A stretch of DNA of 44,772 nucleotides. Origin: Candidatus Scatovivens sp. GTDB taxonomy: Bacteria; Bacillota; Clostridia; TANB77; CAG-508. Positions within the stretch are counted from its first letter, which is position 1. The number at the start of each line of letters is the position of its first letter. The stretch spans positions 1-44,772 of the forward strand of contig JAZQTI010000010.1 in NCBI GenBank assembly GCA_045630665.1, read 5' to 3'. Position numbers and translations under genes: made by a program. Shown in pieces: positions 15,144-23,921 of the stretch. The notes under the pieces are model-generated. The model was not told where the DNA came from. It saw only the letters and a list, made by a program, of their open reading frames with translations, and searched no databases.

Positions 15144-17570
15144 ATGGATATAAAACCAATAGTTGAAAAGTATAAAATAGAAGATACTAAAGGACTTTGG
15201 GATAAAATAGGAAGAATAATTGAAGAAAAAGAAGGCAAATGGGATACAGGGCTTGATGATAGCACTTCAGAATTAACACAAATGCTAGTATATGAATATG
15301 CAACTTCTTTAGAAGCAATAACAGAAGGAAAATTAACAGCAGAATTTGTAATAGATAAATTATCAAAATTGATGGGAACATTTAGACTTGGAGACTTTAA
15401 ACAAGGACAAGATGATAATATTAAATATGACCAAGAGTCAGTAACATCAGAAGCATATAAAAAACATGCTAGAATTGATGGTAATTTTGGTGCACACCAA
15501 GTGGATTATGAAGAAGATGGAAAAAAATTATTTTCTGTTGTAATGTTTGATAAAACACAACAATATCAAACAAGTGACGGAGTAATGCATACATTAAAAG
15601 GTGGAGACTTAACAAATTTAGATGATATAAGACAAACACTTTTCCATGAATGGACACATGTGATGGAAAAATGTTTTGTAAAATCTTCAGAGCTAACAAG
15701 AGATGATATTATAAAACAAAATGGAGATTCTACATATATAAATAGCAGTGTAAGTGCAGATTGGAGAATGGAAGAGTATAAAGCATATATTGCAAATGTA
15801 GATAAAATGCTAGAAACTGAAGATGAAATATTATTTAATGGAATTTCAACTATAGAAATAAATGAAAGAAAATCACCAAATAGAAGAATAATGCATAACA
15901 AAATAAGTGAAGGTGGAACAGAATTAATATCTCAAAAAATAATGGAACATTTAGGAAGACCATATGAAAAAGGAAGATATGAAAATCAAGCTAAATTTGT
16001 AGGAAAAGTTTTTGAATCACTTGGAACACCTTCAGCAATAGCAACATATTTAACATCTTCAAGAGATATAGTTTCATATATAGAAAGTAAAAATCATGAT
16101 GGAAAAGATGTGCTAAGATCATCAGATGACTTTATAGAAGCACTTGGAAGATTTGAAGGTGCTGTAAGAAACATGATTAGACAAGCTGGAAACAATCCAG
16201 GAAAAGAATTTGAAGGATTAAAAAAACAAATAATTGAGTTTTGGAAACAAGGGAAAAAAACAAGTCAAGAAGATATAGAAAATGTATTTAAACAAGTACA
16301 AGGTGTTGCTAATATTCCTCAAAGAGAGGAAGAATATGTAAAAGGAATGTTAGGTTTTGCACTTGATTATCCAAATAAAGAAAAAAGATTTCAAGAAGAA
16401 ATAGATGAGTATTTTCCATCTAGAAAAAAAGAATTTTCAAAAGATGTTGTAGAAACAATAGAACAAAGTGAGCAAATAACACAAAAAGGAATAGATGAAG
16501 AAACTTCAGAAATTGCGAGAATTTCGAGAGGTGAACCACAAAAAATTGGAGAAGAGCAAAAACAAGCAATAGAAGCAGCAACAAGACGTTGTATTGCAAG
16601 AATGGGAGAAGGGAAAGTTCCAGAAGAGCAAATTCAAAGACTACTTTTAAGAATGTATGATATGAAAGATGTTAAAGAAGCAATGGATTCTTTAATAATG
16701 AATGTAAATAATATATTTGGAACACCTGGAGCAGAAGAATTATACAATGCGTGTTTAGATGATATAATGAAAATTGATCCAACAGTATATAGCTCAAGAG
16801 AAGAAATGTTATCACAACTAGAAAAAAACATATATACAAATTATACTCCTGGAAATATATCAATAGAAGAAAACCATGCATTAATAGAATCAACATTAAA
16901 AACAGTATGTGATAGACTAAATGAACAAGGTGTAGATTATTATATAGTAGGAGCATTATCAACATTTATAGGAACAAACACGCCACTTTTTAGATATCAT
17001 GGAGATATAGATTTTATGATATCAGAAGCAGACATGCCAAAAGTTCAAGATGCAATGGTAGGAACCGATTATGAGTTTTCAGATGATAGATTAGACAATA
17101 AAAGAAGATTAGCTAAAGATGGAAGCCATGCACAAGGTGAACATGAAGTAATTGCTAATCATAAAGATAATGAATTCCATTTAGGATTTTTCTTATTTAG
17201 AAGAGAGAAAGATGGAGCAATAACAGGAAGAGAATATTTTATGGAAGAAAATAAAAACGGCCAAAAAGTTCCAAGAATTCTAGAAAGATATATACCAAAA
17301 GAATTAGCAGAATTAGACTATACAAGTGAAGAAGTAGAATTTGCAGGAACAAGATTTAGAGTTTCAACACCTGAATCTGTAATTTCTAAAAAAGAATTCA
17401 CAAGACATCCAAAAGATCTATTAGACATAGAAAAATTAAAAGGAAAATTAGATCCAGAAAAGGTAGAAGAAAGAAGAAAGTATTGTACAACATTAAAAGT
17501 TGTAGAACCTGACGAAGTTTCTAAAAACTTACCAAAAGAACAAAGAGAAGGTCAAAGTTTAGATGATTAA
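15144..17570 (+). CDS. 808-aa multidomain protein: N-terminal HExxH (HEWTH) metallopeptidase-like domain plus C-terminal Pol-beta-type nucleotidyltransferase-like domain
   Basis: LFHEWTHVMEK followed by ISEGGTELIS. The C-terminus has YYIVGALSTFIGTNTPLFRYHGDIDFMISE (G-X-S ... DxD). RBS AGGAGG. Confidence 0.6.
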   Translation: MDIKPIVEKYKIEDTKGLWDKIGRIIEEKEGKWDTGLDDSTSELTQMLVYEYATSLEAITEGKLTAEFVIDKLSKLMGTFRLGDFKQGQDDNIKYDQESVTSEAYKKHARIDGNFGAHQVDYEEDGKKLFSVVMFDKTQQYQTSDGVMHTLKGGDLTNLDDIRQTLFHEWTHVMEKCFVKSSELTRDDIIKQNGDSTYINSSVSADWRMEEYKAYIANVDKMLETEDEILFNGISTIEINERKSPNRRIMHNKISEGGTELISQKIMEHLGRPYEKGRYENQAKFVGKVFESLGTPSAIATYLTSSRDIVSYIESKNHDGKDVLRSSDDFIEALGRFEGAVRNMIRQAGNNPGKEFEGLKKQIIEFWKQGKKTSQEDIENVFKQVQGVANIPQREEEYVKGMLGFALDYPNKEKRFQEEIDEYFPSRKKEFSKDVVETIEQSEQITQKGIDEETSEIARISRGEPQKIGEEQKQAIEAATRRCIARMGEGKVPEEQIQRLLLRMYDMKDVKEAMDSLIMNVNNIFGTPGAEELYNACLDDIMKIDPTVYSSREEMLSQLEKNIYTNYTPGNISIEENHALIESTLKTVCDRLNEQGVDYYIVGALSTFIGTNTPLFRYHGDIDFMISEADMPKVQDAMVGTDYEFSDDRLDNKRRLAKDGSHAQGEHEVIANHKDNEFHLGFFLFRREKDGAITGREYFMEENKNGQKVPRILERYIPKELAELDYTSEEVEFAGTRFRVSTPESVISKKEFTRHPKDLLDIEKLKGKLDPEKVEERRKYCTTLKVVEPDEVSKNLPKEQREGQSLDD

Positions 17571-17603
17571 GAAAATTTAAAATATACAAATGGAGGATTT
17601 AAA

Positions 17604-18965
17604 ATGAAAAATGAAAGAGGAAAAAGTTTAGTTTCGTTTTTATTATTTGGTTCAATTATAGTTATAATCATGGTTGTAGTATTTTTTTATATCAATAATA
17701 TAAAAAGACAAACTGAAATTGCAAATGCAGAAAACAAAGATAGCAATTTAGTAAAAACTGAAACTGTAGAAGAGCCAGAAAAAGTCGAAGAAATTGAAAA
17801 TGTAGTAGATGAAGATGCAATTGTTTCTGAGGAAAAAGAGCCTCAAGATGAATCAAAAGATGCTGTAGTAATAAACAATGGAGATTATTTTGTAAAATAT
17901 AATGAAGACGTTTATTATTGGAAATTAAATGAATCTAGCATGGAAAAAACAGCTTTATATGGCAATTACAAATATTTAGAAACAGATTCAAATGAACTTG
18001 TAAAAAGAGATTCAGATGGAAACGAAGAAACTATTTTTAAAGGAAATGGTTATGGAAAAATATATATTTCTAATAAAAAAATATATACATCAGAACAACT
18101 AGCAAATAATAATGAACCAAGCATAATTTGTATAGATTTAAATACAGGAAAAAAAGAAAATATTTGCTTAGGTGAAATAAAATTTTTTCAAGAAGATAAT
18201 TTTGATGTAGATTATTTAATAGTAGGAACAAATAAAGCAGAAATTATAAAAATTAATACAAAAACAAATAAAAAAGAAACTTTAAAGGAAAATGCATGTT
18301 ATTTAGGAGTTTTAGATGATAAAATTTATTATCTATCAATAGATTCAAAAAAATATAGTAGTCTTTTAAGATTAGCCGCTTCAGAAGTAAATATTGGTGT
18401 TTTAGATGGAAATCAAGATAAAGGTGTTATTGCAACATTTAAAAAAGATATTTTTGAAAATGCATCAGAAACAGATTTAATAGATATAACAAGTTTTAGA
18501 ACAGAATCTAATATAATTAAATTTGAATTAACTTATGTTGGTGGTTCAGCAACTGTAGATCAAGAAAAAGTTGCAGTTTCAATGAATAAGGATGGAAAAA
18601 TTATAAACCAAGTTGCTTTAGATATGAAAGAAGGCGGCGAATTTATAAATGAATACAAAGAAGAAAAGTTAGTAGAAACAAAATATATAGATGCTAAAAG
18701 TGTAATAACATATAATGGAATTCAAATCTTTGAAGAAGATGATGTTTACCAAAAATATAATTTAGAAAAGAGTAGAACAGGTGATTATCAATTATCTTTT
18801 GAATATTCAAGTATAGTTGATGATGATATATATTTTGTATATAATTATGATAAATATTCTGAAGAAGCATCTATAGGATGGAGAGATGGATACGAAAGAG
18901 TAAAAACTATAGTATTTAAATATAATTTTAATGAAAAAGAAATTGCAGAGGTATATAGTTTCTAA
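17604..18965 (+). CDS. Membrane-anchored hypothetical protein with possible beta-propeller-like repeats
   Basis: N-terminal transmembrane helix. Recurring (K/D)(K/D)IYY/IYF motifs. RBS GGAGGA. Confidence 0.5.
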   Translation: MKNERGKSLVSFLLFGSIIVIIMVVVFFYINNIKRQTEIANAENKDSNLVKTETVEEPEKVEEIENVVDEDAIVSEEKEPQDESKDAVVINNGDYFVKYNEDVYYWKLNESSMEKTALYGNYKYLETDSNELVKRDSDGNEETIFKGNGYGKIYISNKKIYTSEQLANNNEPSIICIDLNTGKKENICLGEIKFFQEDNFDVDYLIVGTNKAEIIKINTKTNKKETLKENACYLGVLDDKIYYLSIDSKKYSSLLRLAASEVNIGVLDGNQDKGVIATFKKDIFENASETDLIDITSFRTESNIIKFELTYVGGSATVDQEKVAVSMNKDGKIINQVALDMKEGGEFINEYKEEKLVETKYIDAKSVITYNGIQIFEEDDVYQKYNLEKSRTGDYQLSFEYSSIVDDDIYFVYNYDKYSEEASIGWRDGYERVKTIVFKYNFNEKEIAEVYSF

Positions 18966-18970
18966 AAATT

Positions 18971-19000
18971 AAAAGAGGTTACAAAAGTAGCCTCTTTTTT
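18971..19000 (+). terminator. Rho-independent terminator ending the 11468..18965 operon
   Basis: AAGAGG ... CCTCTT stem followed by T6. Confidence 0.65.
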
Positions 19001-19065
19001 GTTTGCTAAGCGCGGAATGTGTGATATAATTTTTGCATAAAAATAAAACAAGGTGAGGTGATTTT

Positions 19066-19914
19066 ATGGAATTCAAAAAATATGATGATCCAAACGAATT
19101 TATAAAGGAAAATGAAAAATTCATTCTGGAAAAAGAATGGCTAAACAACTTGATGGCAGGAAACTACAAAGATGCAGCATTAGAAGGACTAAATGAAAAT
19201 TGGTTACTAGCAAGAGTAACTGAAGGAGAACAAACAGAACTAATAATGCTTTTAAGAAAACCATGGAGATTATTAATGTACTCTCCAACAAATAACAAAT
19301 CTGAAGAACTATACAGATTTGCTGCAGAAGAAATTTATAAAATTGATCCAACTTTAGAAGGAGTAAACACAGAAAAAGAAATTAGCCAAATATTCGCAAA
19401 GGAATTCTGCAAAGTCGCTGGAAAAACACCTAAAGTAAGATTTGAAATGAGAATATTAGTTTTAGATAAGATAAAAGAAACTACATTAATAGATGATGTT
19501 ATATTTAGAAAAGCAACAATGGAAGACAAAGAAACATTATTAAAATATAGAAGAATGTTTTCAGAAGAAGCTTTGCATGAAACAGTTAGTGATGAGGAAT
19601 TAGAAAAGAAATTCCAAAGACATTTTAGTATGGGATATTATTTACTTGAAAAAGACGGGAAAATTGTTGCAACAGCTAGCTCAAATAGACATCTAACAAA
19701 AGGAAAATCAATAGGAAATGTATATACACCAAAAGAAGAACGTGGTAAAGGATATGCTTATAATTTGGTTTATAGAATATCAAAAGAATTTTTAGATAGT
19801 GGACTTGAATATTGTGTATTATTTACAGATGATTCAAATCCAATTAGTAATCATGTATATGAAAAAATAGGATATGAAAGAAGAGCAGACACAACAGAAA
19901 TTTTATTTGTATAA
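19066..19914 (+). CDS. GNAT family N-acetyltransferase
   Basis: The C-terminal domain has RGKGYAYNLV (acetyl-CoA loop) and YEKIGYE. Confidence 0.75.
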   Translation: MEFKKYDDPNEFIKENEKFILEKEWLNNLMAGNYKDAALEGLNENWLLARVTEGEQTELIMLLRKPWRLLMYSPTNNKSEELYRFAAEEIYKIDPTLEGVNTEKEISQIFAKEFCKVAGKTPKVRFEMRILVLDKIKETTLIDDVIFRKATMEDKETLLKYRRMFSEEALHETVSDEELEKKFQRHFSMGYYLLEKDGKIVATASSNRHLTKGKSIGNVYTPKEERGKGYAYNLVYRISKEFLDSGLEYCVLFTDDSNPISNHVYEKIGYERRADTTEILFV

Positions 19915-19939
19915 GTAAAATAGATGAAAAATAACGCAC

Positions 19940-19973
19940 AAAATGAAAACAGCGCCACGAATGAGTGGCGCTG
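19940..19973 (-). terminator. Terminator of the RyR-domain gene (minus strand)
   Basis: CAGCGCCAC / GTGGCGCTG stem. On the minus strand it is followed by TTTTCATTTT. Confidence 0.7.
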
Positions 19974-20022
19974 AGGATACAGATTAGCTAATGAAACTTC
20001 TCCGTATGCCGTTAATTAGGGA

Positions 20023-20634
20023 TTAGGCGGTGCAAGATGCAGTGTCGAGCTGGAACTTGGCAAGGCTCTGGATGATAGGGAAGACATCGTTGTTGGAGAT
20101 CATCTGGACGATAATCTGACGAGCGGTGTCCACATCATATGCGATGTCATCTTTCAGCTCAGGAGTGGTAGCCAGTACTTCGAAAGGAACAAGGTCACGG
20201 TGGATCTTATTGGCTTTGTCGGTAACAGGGCCCCATTTCCAACCTGCGAGAATCTTTTCGCGAGACCATTCATCGTGGATCTGTTTTGCCAGAGGGTACA
20301 GGATAACCTGAGTGAAGTTCACAAAGGAGCAACCCTTGTCACGAAGAATACGGATAACTGCTACGGCGTTTGCAATGTTGCTCTTCTTGGTAGCATCGTC
20401 CAATTCGTCGTAAGAAACGAGCAGAGGGTTGGTGAGAGGACCATTGGCAGGATCGTCATTGGTAACGGGACCGTAAACGTAGCCTTTTGCAATCTTACCG
20501 GCCATCCAGCCTTCGTGACTTGCACGAGCTTGCTGCTCTGCGATGATCATGAGCTGAGGCTCGAGTTCTACTGCAAGAGGTTTCTTAACCACTTTGTCTG
20601 CGTACTTTGCTGCTGTTGTTGCGTTAAATTTCAT
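20023..20634 (-). CDS. Tandem RyR (ryanodine-receptor repeat, PF02026-like) domain protein
   Basis: Two repeats of the pattern HE.W...K...GW.YGP......K..P.LV.(Y/F).(E)L: ASHEGWMAGKIAKGYVYGP...NPLLVSYDELD and QIHDEWSREKILAGWKWGP...HRDLVPFEVL. RBS AGGAGG. About 50% GC. Confidence 0.75.
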   Translation of the reverse strand: MKFNATTAAKYADKVVKKPLAVELEPQLMIIAEQQARASHEGWMAGKIAKGYVYGPVTNDDPANGPLTNPLLVSYDELDDATKKSNIANAVAVIRILRDKGCSFVNFTQVILYPLAKQIHDEWSREKILAGWKWGPVTDKANKIHRDLVPFEVLATTPELKDDIAYDVDTARQIIVQMISNNDVFPIIQSLAKFQLDTASCTA

Positions 20635-20792
20635 ACTGTTTTACCTCCTAGCCATTTCGGCAAATATATTGAAAATCTTACGATTCAATAATATTATATC
20701 ATGGTTTACATAAAAACACAATTACAAAGCTGTGAAAACTAAATGAAAAACAGTGTTTTTAATATAAAAAATTATAAAGAAAGAGGTGTAAT

Positions 20793-21215
20793 ATGAATAA
20801 GTTTGAAACAATAAGACCAGTTGTACTTGCAATAATAAGAAGAGGAAATAAGATACTAGTTAGCGAAGGATATGACAAAGTAAAAGACCAATATTTTTAT
20901 AGAAGTTTAGGCGGAGGAATAGAGTTCCAAGAAAAAAGCGAAGATGCATTAAAAAGAGAATTTAAAGAAGAATTAGATATAGATATCGAAGTGGGAAAAT
21001 TCTTGGGAATTTCAGAAAATATATTTGTTTTTAACGGAAAAAAAGCACATGAAATAGTGCTATTTTATGAGGCTGAAATAAAAGAAGAAGACTATAAAGA
21101 AAAATACCAAATAATGGATGAAGAGAATAGCTACGCAATGTGGATGGATGTAGATAAATTTGTAAATCATGAATTAATACTATATCCAGAACAAGTTTTA
21201 GAATATTTAAAATAA
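20793..21215 (+). CDS. NUDIX hydrolase
   Basis: Nudix box GGGIEFQEKSEDALKREFKEELDI. Confidence 0.85.
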   Translation: MNKFETIRPVVLAIIRRGNKILVSEGYDKVKDQYFYRSLGGGIEFQEKSEDALKREFKEELDIDIEVGKFLGISENIFVFNGKKAHEIVLFYEAEIKEEDYKEKYQIMDEENSYAMWMDVDKFVNHELILYPEQVLEYLK

Positions 21216-21233
21216 AGTATTTAGGAGACTAAA

Positions 21234-21998
21234 ATGCAAGAAAAAGAATATGAGTATTATGATAATATAGGCGATTGGAATTTTGATGAAATAAAATATA
21301 GTGTAGAAAGATTAACAAACTGGGAACTTTATGAAAAGATAAAAGAACATACAAATAAGGAATCAATCTGTTTAGATTTAGGAACTGGTGGCGGAGAAAT
21401 GGTTTTAAAATATTATCCTGAAGTAGGGAAAATATATGCAACAGATTTCTCTGAAGAGATGATTAACACTGCAAAAGAAAATTTAAAAATGTATCCAAAC
21501 AGAAACATTGAATTTTTACAAATGGATAGTTTGGACATGACATTTCCAGAGAAAACTTTTGATTTAATATCTGCAAGACACACTGTAATAGATGCAAGAC
21601 AAATTTATAAAGCTTTAAAAGATGACGGAGTTTTAGTTATTGAAGGTGTAGATAAAAAAGATTGTTGGGAACTAAAAGAATTATTTGGAAGAGGACAATG
21701 TTTTAATGATGAAATTGCAATTTCAGAAAAAGATTATACAGATTTAAAAGCAGCTGGATTTACAAAAGTAGAATTAGTTGAAATTTTAGAAGATGAATAT
21801 TATGAAACAGAAGAAGATTTACTAGCTCTTTTACTTAAGGCTCCAATTTTGGATGATTTTTCTGAAGAGGATAATTCTGAGTTTGTGCATAGAAAAGAGA
21901 GTGAAAATGATTTGTTTCATGAGTATGTGAATAGATACAAGACAGAGAAAGGGATACTTCTAAAAAGAGTGCTGTATGGAATTGTGGCTAAGAAATAA
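21234..21998 (+). CDS. Class I SAM-dependent methyltransferase
   Basis: Motif I CLDLGTGGGE, then the acidic residue in YATDFS. Confidence 0.75.
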   Translation: MQEKEYEYYDNIGDWNFDEIKYSVERLTNWELYEKIKEHTNKESICLDLGTGGGEMVLKYYPEVGKIYATDFSEEMINTAKENLKMYPNRNIEFLQMDSLDMTFPEKTFDLISARHTVIDARQIYKALKDDGVLVIEGVDKKDCWELKELFGRGQCFNDEIAISEKDYTDLKAAGFTKVELVEILEDEYYETEEDLLALLLKAPILDDFSEEDNSEFVHRKESENDLFHEYVNRYKTEKGILLKRVLYGIVAKK

Positions 21999-22097
21999 AA
22001 AATATAATAAAGCTACTGCAAACGAAATAAAAATATTCACAAATTTACATAATTGTGATAAAATATATAACGTAAATTAATATTGGAGGAAAAAATA

Positions 22098-22172
22098 ATG
22101 AATAGAAAAGAAAAATTAATGGAGGAAATCAAATATAGAGATTTCGGCTGCAAAACTATTACAACGAGATAA
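22098..22172 (+). CDS. Leader peptide (24 aa, MNRKEKLMEEIKYRDFGCKTITTR) of the ABC-F gene
   Basis: RBS GGAGGA 7 nt upstream. Its 3' end is embedded in mutually exclusive hairpins. Confidence 0.55.
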   Translation: MNRKEKLMEEIKYRDFGCKTITTR

Positions 22173-22225
22173 TTGCTATAGGGTTGTAATAGGTTAAGTT
22201 TATAGCAAATATATCTCGTTATTTT
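22156..22225 (+). promoter_or_regulatory. Translation-dependent attenuator with alternative hairpins
   Basis: Hairpin 1 is CTATTACAAC (22156-22165) / GTTGTAATAG (22183-22192). Hairpin 2 is AACGAGATA..TTGCTATA (22163-22180) / TATAGCAA..TATCTCGTT (22201-22220), followed by ATTTT. The two hairpins share nucleotides. Confidence 0.55.
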
Positions 22226-22255
22226 AAAAATAGTAAGATAAGGAGATATAGAAAA

Positions 22256-23807
22256 ATGATAGAAATAGAATTAAATAATGTAAAAAAGAATTATGGTCTA
22301 AAGAATGTTTTAGATGGAGTTTGCTTTGAAGTTAAAACAGGAGAAAGAATTTCATTAATAGGTGAAAATGGATCTGGAAAGTCAACTGTTTTAAAAATAA
22401 TTAGTGGAGTAGAAAAACAAGACTTGCGGAAATGTAAATATAAGAAAAGGATCTACTATAGGATATTTAAAACAAGTATATGAAAAAGAGCAAGAGGATA
22501 TTATAGTAGAAGATTATTTAAAAGAAAGCTTCAAAGAATATACACTTATTGAAAACAGGTTAAGAGAATTAGAACTCGCAATGGCAAATAATGACCATGA
22601 TTTAGAATTAGTACTTCAGAAATATGGAAAATTACAAGAAAAGTATATTGCACTTGGTGGATATGAATTAGAAGAGAAATTCAAAAAGATTTGTTCAGGA
22701 TTTAAGTTTGATAATGATTTCTTAAAGAAAGAATATAATAGCCTAAGTGGCGGAGAAAAGACTATAGTTAATTTAGCTACTATTCTTTTAAAGAATCCTA
22801 GTATATTACTATTAGATGAGCCAACAAATCACTTAGATATAGAAACACTTGAATGGCTAGAAAACTTTTTAATTGAGTATAAAGGAACAATACTTTTAAT
22901 ATCACATGATAGATATTTTCTAGATAAAGTTGTAACAAAAACTATATTATTAGAAAATGGACATACAAAAATATATTTTGGTAATTACTCATATTTTTTA
23001 GAAGAAGATGAAAGAAGAACATTAGCAGAGTTTGAAATGTACAAAACTCAACAAAAACAGATAGAAAAGATGCAAGAATCTATAAAGAAGCTTAGAGAAT
23101 TTGGAAGACTTGCAGGAAATGAAATGTTCTTCAAAAGAGCCAAATCAATAGAAAAAAGATTAGAAAAAATAGAAGTATTAGAAAAAAGAGAAACTAAGAA
23201 GCTGCCAATTAAAATAAATTCTTGTAGCAAAACAGGAAAAGATGTATTAGTTATAAAGAACTTAAATAAAAGTTATGGAGATAATGTAATATTTAAGAAT
23301 TTCAATATGGGAGTTTTCGGTGGAGAAAAAGTACAACTAAAAGGGAAAAATGGATCAGGAAAATCAACACTAATAAAAATTATTTTAGGAAATGATAATG
23401 ACTTTAGTGGAGAGATAAAAATAAATCCATCAGTAAAAATTGGTTATATTCCTCAAGAAATAAAGTTTGAAAATGAATCTAATACAATATTAGAATATTT
23501 CTTAGAAAATCATAGCGGTAGTGAAACGCAAGTTAGAACTTTTCTAGCTAAATATATGTTTTATGGAGAAAATGTATTTAAGAGATTAAAGGAATTATCT
23601 GGTGGAGAAAGAGTTAGACTTTTAATTGCTAAATTAGTATTAAAACAAACAAATTTCTTAATATTAGATGAACCTACTAATCATTTAGATATTTCAACAA
23701 GAGAGTTACTTGAAGAAAATTTAAAAGAATATAAGGGAACTATATTATTTGTTTCACACGATAGATATTTTGCAAATAAAATTGTAGAAAGAGAAATAAA
23801 TTTATAA
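22256..23807 (+). pseudogene. ABC-F family ATPase (ARE/ribosome-protection-like architecture), interrupted by a 1-nt frameshift near 22424-22427
   Basis: ORF 22256..22483 carries Walker [10 protein letters not shown], then reads out of frame. The frame containing 22581..23807 already reads [16 protein letters not shown] from 22428. The second half has LSGGE, a second Walker A GKNGSGKST and a second LSGGE. Confidence 0.7.
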
Positions 23808-23813
23808 AATAGA

Positions 23814-23848
23814 ACAAGTTACTTTGACTAGTAGCTTGTTTTTATTTT
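23814..23848 (+). terminator. Rho-independent terminator
   Basis: ACAAGTTACT / AGTAGCTTGT 10-bp stem followed by TTTTTATTTT. Confidence 0.7.
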
Positions 23849-23921
23849 ACTCATAACCCGAAGGTAAAAATAATATACTAACAAACCACTTTATATGATA
23901 TAATCCCCCTAGGAGGTGCCT

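Noticed and set aside
20200-20691. 163-aa plus-strand ORF (with 20126..20311) opposite the RyR gene
   Set aside because: The minus-strand product has two recognisable RyR repeats, an AGGAGG RBS and a terminator. The plus-strand ORF has none of these.
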